Assembly: GCA_046293845.1 (NCBI GenBank)
Contig: JBKBIX010000003.1
Span: 1 to 39,001 of the forward strand
DNA: 39,001 nt
Direction of reading: 5' to 3'
Source of the DNA: Candidatus Bipolaricaulia bacterium
Lineage (GTDB): Bacteria; Bipolaricaulota; Bipolaricaulia; RBG-16-55-9; DRXL01
Part shown: in pieces, positions 28,051-36,823 of the stretch
How the letters are laid out: each line of letters begins with the position of its first letter
Position numbering within the stretch: the stretch's first letter is position 1
Program-made: the position numbers and the translations under genes
The notes under the pieces: model-generated
Seen by the model: only the letters and a program-made list of their open reading frames with translations
Databases searched by the model: none
Told to the model about the DNA's origin: nothing

Positions 28051-28881
28051 TCAATCATAGCGCACGGCATCAACGATTGCTAGTGCCCTCTTCATCGGGG
28101 CGACGTCGTGCACCCGCACGATCTGCGCCCCGTTGAAGACCGCGATCACGTTGCTGGCAATCGTCCCCTCCAAGCGTTGGTCTATGGGGAGCGGCTCAGG
28201 CCCTGTGCTCCCCAGCCGCCCGATAAAAGATTTTCGCGATGTGCCGATCAAGATCGGGCAGCCCAGCTCCTTCAGCTCTCCCAAGCGCCGCAAGATCTCG
28301 AGATTGTGCTCAACCGTCTTGCCAAAGCCGATCCCCGGATCGATAAGAACTTTCTCGATGCCGTGGGCGCGTGCGAACGCGATGCGCTCTGCTAAAAACT
28401 CTTTGATCTCGCGCACGACATCAGTGTAGACGGGGTTCTGCTGCATCGTTCTGGGATCGCCCAACATATGCATAAGCACGACGGGGACGCGGGCGCGAGC
28501 GACAACTGTGACCATCCGCGGATCGAAGCGCAGCGCACTAATATCGTTCACGATATTCGCCCCAGCGTCAAGCGCCGCTTCGGCTACGGAAGCTTTATAT
28601 GTGTCAACAGAGATGGGCACTGCAGACTCTTTTCGGATGGCGTGGATGACCGGGATGACTCGACGCAGTTCTTCTTCCAAAGAGACGGGCTGAGCTCCCG
28701 GCCGAGTCGATTCCCCCCCAATATCTAAGATATCTGCGCCCTCACGCATGAGCTGGCGCGCGCGCTCTAGGGCGCTCTCCAGACTGAAAAATTTTCCCCC
28801 GTCGGAGAACGAATCCGGCGTCACGTTCAGAATTCCCATCACCAGGGTACGCTTTCCTAAATCCGATAGGACATCGGTCAT
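28051..28881 (-). CDS. folP: Dihydropteroate synthase
   Basis: MGILNVTPDSFSDGG, GGESTRPG, DPGIGFGK, SRKSF, RVHDV. Confidence 0.97.
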   Translation of the reverse strand: MTDVLSDLGKRTLVMGILNVTPDSFSDGGKFFSLESALERARQLMREGADILDIGGESTRPGAQPVSLEEELRRVIPVIHAIRKESAVPISVDTYKASVAEAALDAGANIVNDISALRFDPRMVTVVARARVPVVLMHMLGDPRTMQQNPVYTDVVREIKEFLAERIAFARAHGIEKVLIDPGIGFGKTVEHNLEILRRLGELKELGCPILIGTSRKSFIGRLGSTGPEPLPIDQRLEGTIASNVIAVFNGAQIVRVHDVAPMKRALAIVDAVRYD

Positions 28882-28900
28882 TTGGGGTCACCCGATCTGT

Positions 28901-28970
28901 ACTATAGCATACACAGAGCGGCACGCTCAAGCCGCAAGGTCTTGCAGACCGTCGGGCTGGTGGGTACAAT
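28901..28970. promoter_or_regulatory. Divergent promoters for folP (-) and rplI (+)
   Basis: Minus strand TTGAGC-18-TATAGT (extended TG); plus strand TTGCAG-17-TACAAT (28942-28970). Confidence 0.6.
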
Positions 28971-29009
28971 GGGCGTAATCCCAATTGTACCCACCAGGAG
29001 GAATCCCGT

Positions 29010-29468
29010 ATGATCGAAGTCTTGTTGACCCAAAGCGTCGAAAAGTTAGGGGAGCCAGGGGACATCGTCAAGGTCGCCGACGGCTATGCGAGAAATTATC
29101 TGTTCCCGCGTAAGCTCGCGGTGCTCCCCACGCCGCATAACATCGCGCAATATAAGAAGATTCGAGAGAAGCGCGAGTTGGAGCTGAAGCAGCGCGAAGA
29201 GTGGGCGCGCGCCGCTCGCGAGAAGCTCGACGGCTTCGCTCTGACTTTCCAGCGCAAGGCCCACAACGGCAAACTCTACAGCTCGGTGCGCCGCGAGGAG
29301 ATCGCCCAACAGATCCTAGAGAAGCTCAATATCGAGATTTCTAAAGACAAGATCGAACTCGATGCCCCCATCGAAGCGTTGGGCGTCCACGCTGTGAAGA
29401 TCTCACTCTATAAAGATATCACGGCGAGCATTCGCGTTCAAGTTGAGGAGGAGCCATCGGCCGGATAA
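29010..29468 (+). CDS. rplI: 50S ribosomal protein L9
   Basis: LG..GD.V.VADGYARNYL.P; SD AGGAGG. Confidence 0.95.
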   Translation: MIEVLLTQSVEKLGEPGDIVKVADGYARNYLFPRKLAVLPTPHNIAQYKKIREKRELELKQREEWARAAREKLDGFALTFQRKAHNGKLYSSVRREEIAQQILEKLNIEISKDKIELDAPIEALGVHAVKISLYKDITASIRVQVEEEPSAG

Positions 29469-31120
29469 CTCGCTCTCTTATCTGTGCGCTCATTGTGCTT
29501 TGTGCTGGTGCGCCGCTTGCGCCAGCACAAGCGCCTCAGCTTTTCCTCAATAACCAGCCGATCCTCCTGAAAAATAGAGTTCTGTTGGAAGACGAGCAGC
29601 TCTTCGTACCCCTAGTGGAGTTCGCGCGGCTGCTCGGTGCCGAAGCGACCGTCAGCTACGAGAGCGCCACGCTGCGCTGGGGACGCAAACAATCTGTGAC
29701 CCTCCCAACGGAGCAGCTGATCGCGCGCGGCCCGCTGCTCTATATCTCATTAGCGCAACTGACGCAGATACTGGGCGTAAAGACCCTCAAGATCGGCAAT
29801 GCGTATTATCTTTTGAGCACCCCGGCACGGTTGCTCTCTCTTGTCATCTCATCGAGCGGAATCTTCTTCACGACGAACGCCCGCGTCCCGTTCGAGCTGC
29901 AAACGCAAAATAATATAGTCACCGTGCGGTTCTTTCACACCGTCAGCGAGCTCATAGACCCCTCCATCAAGATCACTCAAGAGCCACCGATAATTCTCAG
30001 AGCGCATCTTCAGATAGAAGCTGCGCAGACTGTGCAGGCTACCGCCGTCGAGTCTGAGAATTTTATCGTCTGGGTGCGCGCGACGGCTCCGGCACCTGAG
30101 CCAAGGGTTCTGGTGCGCACTGAGTCTCAGATGCGCTTGAGCGAAAATATCTTCTATATTCAAGCGCGGGCGCTCACCGTCGACGGCCCCGTGAGCATAC
30201 ACTATCTCAAGATTCAGAATTGGAAGGATCAGTATAGACTGACGGTGACGCTGCCGCGCGACGGCATCGGCGCGCTGGAGCCGCTGGAGAAGATGGCTTC
30301 CGAGGCTCTCGTCGCGATCAACGCGAACTTCTTCGATCCTGTGACACAGCTTCCCATCGGGCTGCTTGTTAAGGACGGCGTCATTCACAGCGCGCCCTAC
30401 GGGCGGCGCGGCGCGCTGGCCATCTCGCTCTTTAACGACCTATACTTTCTAGCACCGACACTGAAGCTCTCGGCGTCGGTGCTGGGGCAGACCGTGACAA
30501 TTGACGGGCTGAATCGGCCCCCCTCTGCTGATGGGCTTTTTCTCTACACAGATCGTTACGCGCTGCCCATCCGCGGTGAAGCCCCCATAAAAGCCGTGAG
30601 GCTCAGACACGGCTTTGTCGTTAGCGTCGTCGAGAACGGGCTCGTCCTGCCCGACGGAGAATCGACGCTCCTAGTCGCAACCGGAGCAGCGCGCACTCGT
30701 CTGGGCGGGCTGCGTCCGGGAGATAGCGTAAAGATTTGGTACGCGCTCGACCCCGCGCCGCTCTTCTTGAGAGAAGCTGTGAGCGCTGGCCCGTTATTAC
30801 TCAAAGACGGCCAGATCGTGCTCGACACGCGCACTGAAAGATTTTCAGAGGAGTTTGCTAACGCCAAGGCCGCCCGCAGCGTCTTTGCCCTGACGGAGTC
30901 GGGAGAGCTGCTCTTCATTGTGATTCTCAAAGACGGGCGTAGCGTCGGAGCTGATCTGCGCACCTTGGCGATCTTAGCGCAGTCACTCGGAGCCCAGACA
31001 GCCCTGGCGCTCGACGGTGGCTCTTCCAGCACACTGCTCTTCCGTCAGGGCGCGACAGTGCAGACAATTGGAGGCCGACGGCCCATCGCTGCCGGGCTGG
31101 CGTTGGTGCCAAAGCGATAA
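29465..31120 (+). CDS. Exported phosphodiester glycosidase (NAGPA/DUF2233) family protein
   Basis: AINANFF, SAGPLLL.DG, ARS, ALALDGGSS; N-terminal copper-amine-oxidase-N-like segment; start uncertain (ATA 29465, ATC 29456 or GTG 29495). Confidence 0.8.
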   Translation: MTRSLICALIVLCAGAPLAPAQAPQLFLNNQPILLKNRVLLEDEQLFVPLVEFARLLGAEATVSYESATLRWGRKQSVTLPTEQLIARGPLLYISLAQLTQILGVKTLKIGNAYYLLSTPARLLSLVISSSGIFFTTNARVPFELQTQNNIVTVRFFHTVSELIDPSIKITQEPPIILRAHLQIEAAQTVQATAVESENFIVWVRATAPAPEPRVLVRTESQMRLSENIFYIQARALTVDGPVSIHYLKIQNWKDQYRLTVTLPRDGIGALEPLEKMASEALVAINANFFDPVTQLPIGLLVKDGVIHSAPYGRRGALAISLFNDLYFLAPTLKLSASVLGQTVTIDGLNRPPSADGLFLYTDRYALPIRGEAPIKAVRLRHGFVVSVVENGLVLPDGESTLLVATGAARTRLGGLRPGDSVKIWYALDPAPLFLREAVSAGPLLLKDGQIVLDTRTERFSEEFANAKAARSVFALTESGELLFIVILKDGRSVGADLRTLAILAQSLGAQTALALDGGSSSTLLFRQGATVQTIGGRRPIAAGLALVPKR

Positions 31121-31124
31121 ATAA

Positions 31125-31231
31125 GGCCCTCACCCCGCCCTGCGGGCACCCTGCCCCTCACCCCTTCCCCTCTCCCTCGCAGGGGAGAGGGGACAGAGGG
31201 GTGAGGGTGAGAGGGGCTGGGGGTGAGGGCC
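31125..31231. repeat. BoxC/REP-like element, copy 4 (inverted, with a nested second unit)
   Basis: Ends match the reverse complement of copy 1; inner unit at about 31154-31207. Confidence 0.8.
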
Positions 31232-31240
31232 AAGCACGCA

Positions 31241-32812
31241 ATGAAGATACAAGCTGCTCAAGCCCACACAGGCTTCCTCAAGAACGTCGTCGTGATCTCC
31301 GGCTCGACGGCACTCAGCAGAATCTTAGGGCTTGTGCGCGACGTCGTCATCGCTGATCTCTTTGGCGCGAGCCGCGCCTACGACTCATATCTCATAGCGT
31401 TCATGATCCCCCATCTGTTACGCAGACTCTTAGCCGAGGGCGCGCTCTCCAGCGCGTTCATCCCCATCTTCACCGAGCGCCTCACCACAGACCCGAACAA
31501 AGCTGCGCGCTTCGCTAATACTGTCGTCACCGCTGCGCTCATCTTCTTCCCCGGCTTAGTCGCCTTGGGAATCCTCTTTGCGCCGTTCTACGTGCCCTTC
31601 TTCGCCGACGGCTTTTCCGCAGAACAGCTTGAGCTGACGATTCGGCTGACTCAGATCACGTTCCCATTCATCGCTCTGATGGGGCTTGCGGCGATCGTGA
31701 TGGGCGTGCTCAACAGCTATGGGAGATTTTTCGCACCGGCGTTCGCGCCAGTGCTCTTCAACGTTGGGGTCATTCTGTCGGTGTTTGTGCTGCTGAGCTT
31801 CTTCGCCGAGCCGATCTATGCGCTCGCCCTCGGCGTGCTCATCGGTGGGCTGGGGCAACTGCTCTTTCAGATTCCCTATCTGAAAGATAAATGGCGCTAT
31901 CGCCCCCAGCTCGATCTGCGCGACGAGGGCCTGCAGCAGCTGTGCAAGCTCATGCTCCCCTCGGTCGTGGGGTTAGCAATCTTTCAGATCAATTCCATTG
32001 TTGACAACAAATTGGCCTCGCACCTTGCCGAAGGGAGCATCTCGGCATTACAGTATGCTATAAGGCTCTTTCAGTTGCCCTTGGGACTGTTCGTCGTCTC
32101 TGTGGGGAGCGTCATCTTGCCCAAGCTCGCGGCGCACGCTGCAGAAAAAGACACAGAGGCATTTGCACGGACGCTGCGTGAGAGCGCCAAATTCTCGCTT
32201 TTTATACTTCTGCCGGCGACGGCGGGGCTCCTCGCGCTCGCCCAGCCCATCATTCAAGTGCTCTTCGAGCACGGGAATTTTACATCCGAAGATACACAGC
32301 TCACCGTCTACGCCTTGATAAATCTCTTGCCCGGCCTGATCGGCTACGCGCTCGCGTATCTGTTGACGCGGGCATTTTATGCGCTCCAAGACACGCGCAC
32401 CCCGCTGCTTATAGGGGCAGTCACAGTCGCGCTCAACGTCATCTTAGATTATGCGCTTGTTGGGCCGATGGGTGTGGGGGGCTTAGCACTAGCGACTTCC
32501 GTCGCGGGTATCGCCAACGCGCTCATGTTGCTCTGGGTTTTGCAACGACGACTCTCGCAGAGCTTTTGGAGAGCTCTCGTTGCAGACGGTGAGATCGCCA
32601 AGATGCTCGGCGCATCAGTGTTAATGGGGATCTTCGTGCACTTTCTGGCTGCGTGGGCGAGCCCGCTGGGGGAGTTTTTCACCGTGGGGCTAAGCATCGC
32701 GTTTGGGGCGGGCTTCTATATTGGCCTAGCGTGGCTCGGTGGCTTCTTACATCTTATGACAGCTCAGCTTGAGCCTTCCGGTACAACACGCACGAGGGCA
32801 TACAAGCCATAG
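31241..32812 (+). CDS. murJ: Lipid II flippase MurJ/MviN
   Basis: SRILGLVRD, LRRL.AEGA.S.AFIP, RL.QLP.G, RAFYA..DTRTP. Confidence 0.94.
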   Translation: MKIQAAQAHTGFLKNVVVISGSTALSRILGLVRDVVIADLFGASRAYDSYLIAFMIPHLLRRLLAEGALSSAFIPIFTERLTTDPNKAARFANTVVTAALIFFPGLVALGILFAPFYVPFFADGFSAEQLELTIRLTQITFPFIALMGLAAIVMGVLNSYGRFFAPAFAPVLFNVGVILSVFVLLSFFAEPIYALALGVLIGGLGQLLFQIPYLKDKWRYRPQLDLRDEGLQQLCKLMLPSVVGLAIFQINSIVDNKLASHLAEGSISALQYAIRLFQLPLGLFVVSVGSVILPKLAAHAAEKDTEAFARTLRESAKFSLFILLPATAGLLALAQPIIQVLFEHGNFTSEDTQLTVYALINLLPGLIGYALAYLLTRAFYALQDTRTPLLIGAVTVALNVILDYALVGPMGVGGLALATSVAGIANALMLLWVLQRRLSQSFWRALVADGEIAKMLGASVLMGIFVHFLAAWASPLGEFFTVGLSIAFGAGFYIGLAWLGGFLHLMTAQLEPSGTTRTRAYKP

Positions 32813-33033
32813 CGATCCTCAATAGCATGTTTGAGTTCAAGAGCGCGATCTTGAGCCTGCATCAGCGCAGAGCGATCCTTGACAGCAAGCCGAACATCCA
32901 GATGAATGGCTTCACCCTCAATAGCATCACACGCGGTGATACGTGCTCCTGGGAACTCGTGCTGCAAAGCAAAAATTAGCTCCGCCGTAGCCTGTGCGAC
33001 TTGATCCGGTGATAATAGATGGACACTTGCCAT
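32764..33033 (-). CDS. Small protein, possibly a degenerate minimal-nucleotidyltransferase-fold partner of HEPN
   Basis: Size, position beside HEPN, helix-strand pattern; no GS..DxD motif. Confidence 0.55.
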   Translation of the reverse strand: MASVHLLSPDQVAQATAELIFALQHEFPGARITACDAIEGEAIHLDVRLAVKDRSALMQAQDRALELKHAIEDRYGLYALVRVVPEGSS

Positions 33034-33058
33034 ACGCTTTCCTCCTCTCGCTTGCCCC

Positions 33059-33433
33059 CTACAAAGCCAAGCCTACTTGCTGAGCTATTATGCGCAAGAC
33101 TTCATCAGCTATATCCAAGCCCTCCTGGGCTTCAGCCACATCAAGAGAGCGCGCTTCATAGTCACCTTGAATGCGATAGAGATAGAGCTTGTCAAGCCGC
33201 TTGCGCAGTGATGGGCTTTGTTGCCTCAGAGCGCGACAGAACTCGTTCATCAAGCCACCATGACGCCATAACCCTGCCGGAGGATCACCTACAGCAACCC
33301 ACATCGCCTGATAGCAAGCATAGTAACTAAGAGTAATGCTCTCACTGTAGAACCCGTGCCTAAAGCACAACTCTGCAGCAGCACGCTTTGCTTTAGCACT
33401 GCTCCAGCGACGCGCTTGCTCGTCCTTGCTCAT
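33059..33433 (-). CDS. HEPN-domain protein (UPF0332-like)
   Basis: YYACYQA, H.GL..EF, L...R...DY. Confidence 0.8.
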   Translation of the reverse strand: MSKDEQARRWSSAKAKRAAAELCFRHGFYSESITLSYYACYQAMWVAVGDPPAGLWRHGGLMNEFCRALRQQSPSLRKRLDKLYLYRIQGDYEARSLDVAEAQEGLDIADEVLRIIAQQVGLAL

Positions 33434-33475
33434 CTATTTTATTTTAGCTCATTACACTAATAATGTCGAGATTCG

Positions 33476-33517
33476 AAAAAAATAATCGGGATCAGAGAGC
33501 CCGTCCCTGATCCCGAT
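33476..33517 (-). terminator. Intrinsic terminator of the PKD/PorV-like cluster
   Basis: atcgggatcag..ctgatcccgat stem followed by a U-tract on the minus strand. Confidence 0.75.
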
Positions 33518-33534
33518 ATGCAGCACTTACACAA

Positions 33535-34683
33535 CTACGGCCAGAACGGATCGTTGTCGCAGTCTACGCTAGGGTCGTCCCCAGGGCATTCCGGAGGATT
33601 TTGGGGGGGATCATCCGGCGGAGGCGGCAATTCTTCTTCAGGAGGCTGCGGCTCCTCCGTCGGCGGGAGAATCACTTCTTCTTCGGGAGCTGGACAGGGC
33701 CGCCCTAGCAACGGGCAGAGAAAACTCTGAAACCCGAAGCGATACGCGACTTCTACGCGATGGGTCAGCGGCAGCTCCGCGTGCGTCAGCATAGTATAAT
33801 CAAACTGCAAGCCGCCGCGGATTCTCGCACCAAATCCCACGCTCGCCTGCACCAACGCTGGGTTCACCAAGACCCCGCCGCGCACCGCAAGCTGCTGCAC
33901 ACCAAAGCGTGCTAACTGAGCGTTCGCAAGCTTATACTCGCCACCGATGTGCACCGTGCCGTTGGCTTCGATATCAGCAGCAATCACAGCTCCCGGCACC
34001 GGGCTGAGCGATGCCCCAACACGCACCCCAATGGGGAAGCCCTCGCTATGCCCACTCCCGTAACTCACCCCTAAGCCCAAGAGATTTTCGATCACAACGC
34101 CGATGCGCAGCCCGCCCAAGCTTCCTAAATTATTGAGCTTATAGAAGAGCGCCGGTTCGAGCGAAAACCCTGCACCGCTCCCCTCGGGCAATGTGCTCAC
34201 GGTCACAATCTTGGCGCGAAGCCCAACAGCGAGATTCTGCAGCGCGCCCAAGCCCACACCCACGGGCAGATCTGCGAGCGAAATTCCCCCAGCAACGGTG
34301 AACCCGACTTGGGTGAAATCGAAGCTGCCCGTCTGCACGGGCTTATTGTTCTCATCGCGCCAAGGGATGTTCGAGACGTTGAAGAAGACCAACCCGACGC
34401 CGAGATTGCGCCCTCCAGCCACGATCGAACCATAGAGAGCACGCCCGAAGCGCGACTCGACTAAGCCGTGCGCGCTGGCGCGCTCTAAGAATGCCAACCC
34501 CGCGGGATTATAGACCAACGCGTAGGCGTCGTCGGCGAGCCCCGTGAACGCGCCGCCCAGGGCCGCGGGGCGCGCCCCACGCTCTAATTCATACAGCGAC
34601 AGCAGCGTCTGCCCTGAAGCTACACCAACGCTTGCCATCACGACCAACAGAGCTATCAGTACCCGAACTTGGAACTGTCTCAT
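33535..34683 (-). CDS. PorV/PorQ-like beta-barrel protein with Pro/acid-rich tail
   Basis: Signal peptide; GARPAALGGAFTGLADDAYALVYNPAGL; amphipathic strands; FDY...THR...YRF; start revised to 34683. Confidence 0.82.
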   Translation of the reverse strand: MRQFQVRVLIALLVVMASVGVASGQTLLSLYELERGARPAALGGAFTGLADDAYALVYNPAGLAFLERASAHGLVESRFGRALYGSIVAGGRNLGVGLVFFNVSNIPWRDENNKPVQTGSFDFTQVGFTVAGGISLADLPVGVGLGALQNLAVGLRAKIVTVSTLPEGSGAGFSLEPALFYKLNNLGSLGGLRIGVVIENLLGLGVSYGSGHSEGFPIGVRVGASLSPVPGAVIAADIEANGTVHIGGEYKLANAQLARFGVQQLAVRGGVLVNPALVQASVGFGARIRGGLQFDYTMLTHAELPLTHRVEVAYRFGFQSFLCPLLGRPCPAPEEEVILPPTEEPQPPEEELPPPPDDPPQNPPECPGDDPSVDCDNDPFWP

Positions 34684-34693
34684 CGCAGCCCCC

Positions 34694-35779
34694 TTATCGC
34701 TGGACGGACAAGAGACCAATAGCTGAACGAACGGTGCTATTGTCTTGTGCCGTCACCGAGAGCACATAGAAGTACGGCCCGTTGGGCAAGGGCCGACCGA
34801 CATTATCTGTCAGAGTATAGACGAATTCGGTCTTGGTGACGTCCAGATCCTTGCTGAAGACGAGCTCACCCTTGATATTGAAAATGCGCAGAGTCGCTGC
34901 GCGCGCGGGCGCCGGCAGCGTCCAGCCGTAGACGAATTTTGTCCGGTCTTTGGCGGGGTTGGGGTAGTTCGTGATCGTGACTGTAATTTGTGCTGGCGGC
35001 CCAATAGTAATTTTCTTCTCTGCGGGCTGGCTCTGAGCGCCCTTGTCGTCGGTCACGACTAATTTGACTGTAAAAGTCCCCGCTGTGCGATAGACGTGTG
35101 CAGGGTTCTGCTCGGTGCTTGTCGTGCCGTCGCCGAAGTCCCAGCTCCACGACTTCACCTGGCCGTCGGGGTCTTTGGATTTATCTGTAAACTGTACGGT
35201 CTGGCCCGCCGTCGGCTGCGCCGGGGAGAACTCAAAATCCGCGACCGGCGGCTTGTTCGCAACTTCTCTGATCTCAAAAACCCCGTTCACGACAGTGTAC
35301 GGCACGGGATTATACTCGACGTCGCTGAGGACTTGGACGGTTAGAGTCAAATTGCTCTTGTCACCGTTCTTGCCCACAGCTTCGACGGAAAACTCTAAGA
35401 TCGCCCCTTCGGTAATCCCGACGATATCAGCTCCGGCGAGCGTCGCGGCGAACCGCACCAGCCCAGATTCGGGGGTGTTATTGAAGACCGTGACGCTGGA
35501 GCCGCCGACGATCTGGGGAAACAAGACGTCAGTCACTCTCAAGACTTTGGGATCATACGAGAACTGGCCCTGGATGCTCGCGATGCCCGGCGCAGGAACG
35601 CTTTCTACTGTAACGGAGATGGTCGTCTTCGCTGCTGGGGGAACGGTCACGCTCTCGACCGTGAGCACGGCAGCCTCTTGGGCTGACGCACCCACAAGAA
35701 AGCTTCCCACTAGCAAGACGAAGATAGCCCATCGCGCGGCAGGCCGGGCACAACGCGCCTGCAACTCTGTACGCTTCAT
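34694..35779 (-). CDS. Secreted cohesin-like + PKD protein with T9SS type-A-like C-terminal domain
   Basis: Signal peptide; YDPKVL cohesin pattern; WDFGDG; NYPNP..IFNIKGELV..LPNGPYFY; SD GAGGAGG. Confidence 0.82.
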   Translation of the reverse strand: MKRTELQARCARPAARWAIFVLLVGSFLVGASAQEAAVLTVESVTVPPAAKTTISVTVESVPAPGIASIQGQFSYDPKVLRVTDVLFPQIVGGSSVTVFNNTPESGLVRFAATLAGADIVGITEGAILEFSVEAVGKNGDKSNLTLTVQVLSDVEYNPVPYTVVNGVFEIREVANKPPVADFEFSPAQPTAGQTVQFTDKSKDPDGQVKSWSWDFGDGTTSTEQNPAHVYRTAGTFTVKLVVTDDKGAQSQPAEKKITIGPPAQITVTITNYPNPAKDRTKFVYGWTLPAPARAATLRIFNIKGELVFSKDLDVTKTEFVYTLTDNVGRPLPNGPYFYVLSVTAQDNSTVRSAIGLLSVQR

Positions 35780-35865
35780 GAGACCTCCTCATCAGCCAGG
35801 CTTCGTCCGGTACTTATTGTACTGAATTGTCATCGAATTGGAAGTAACGGGGATCACGCCCGGCC

Positions 35866-36813
35866 CTAGAAGCGAAACGCCGCGGAGATCCAGTGCGAGC
35901 CTTCAAAATCAGGGTGGAACAGAAACGCGTAGTCAATCTGGAGCGTGCCGAAGACGACCCCCAGCCCCACGCTCAGCCCCAGCCCCGTGCGCGTGAGCAT
36001 CCCCGCACGAATGCTCAGGGCATCCAGTGGGCCAAGCTTTGTCAGAGTATATTCAGCTCCCAGATGAAACCCGTCGTTGAGCGAGAGATCCGCGCTCACC
36101 GTGACTAAATCAAGCGCACGCGCCGAAGCCCCTAGGCGCATCCCCATGGGGAAATTCTCTTCTGCTGCAGCGCCAAACGCCAAACCAAGCAGATTCTCTA
36201 AGACTACGCCCACGCGGACGTTCTTCACCGGCCCAAATGCCCCTAGCTCCCACAAAAGCGACGGATCGAGGACGAACCCGCTGATGCCCAGCGACTGAAA
36301 CTTTACAGGGTCAAAGCTCGTGATCGAGACGAATTTCACTCTGAGCCCGAGAGCCAACCCTGCAGGGGAGAGATTCCCTACAAACGGCAGCGCGCGCAGC
36401 ATCGCGCCCCAGCCGACCGTGAGCGCAAAGCTCGAATACCCAAAAGAGCTGATCGTCTTGCCCTGAGCATCTTTACAGGGCTGGTTCTGCGCTGTCAGAC
36501 ACGGAACTTGGCCAAAATCGAAGAATATCAGCCCGCCCCCGAAATTCCCAAAGCTCCCGAACGCACTCAGATACGTCGACGCACCGAAGTGCGACTGATA
36601 GAGAATGCTTGCACGTCCGCCGATGAGCGTCGCGAGCCCCGCGGGGTTATAGAAGAGCGCGTACTCGTCGTCGGCAAGGCCCGTGAATGCTTCGCCCAAG
36701 CTCACTGGGCGTACCCCCGCGCCGATATCAAAGACCGTGACGAGCGGGCGGGCTTGCCCTAACAGAGCTATTAGTATTACAGCGAGTCCGAAGAGCCAGA
36801 GCGTGCGGCGCAT
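35866..36813 (-). CDS. PorV/PorQ-like beta-barrel protein
   Basis: Signal peptide; G.RP.SLGEAFTGLADDEYALFYNPAGL; IDYAF; terminal FRF; start revised to 36813. Confidence 0.82.
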   Translation of the reverse strand: MRRTLWLFGLAVILIALLGQARPLVTVFDIGAGVRPVSLGEAFTGLADDEYALFYNPAGLATLIGGRASILYQSHFGASTYLSAFGSFGNFGGGLIFFDFGQVPCLTAQNQPCKDAQGKTISSFGYSSFALTVGWGAMLRALPFVGNLSPAGLALGLRVKFVSITSFDPVKFQSLGISGFVLDPSLLWELGAFGPVKNVRVGVVLENLLGLAFGAAAEENFPMGMRLGASARALDLVTVSADLSLNDGFHLGAEYTLTKLGPLDALSIRAGMLTRTGLGLSVGLGVVFGTLQIDYAFLFHPDFEGSHWISAAFRF

Positions 36814-36823
36814 CTTCTTCCTC

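Noticed and set aside
28882-29009. Possible tRNA or riboswitch in the folP-rplI gap
   Set aside because: No cloverleaf or recognisable aptamer; divergent promoters plus one inverted repeat explain the region.
35776-35815. CTGATGAG on the minus strand resembling a hammerhead ribozyme core
   Set aside because: No GAAA core or closing stems; it simply overlaps the SD (GAGGAGG) of the PKD gene.
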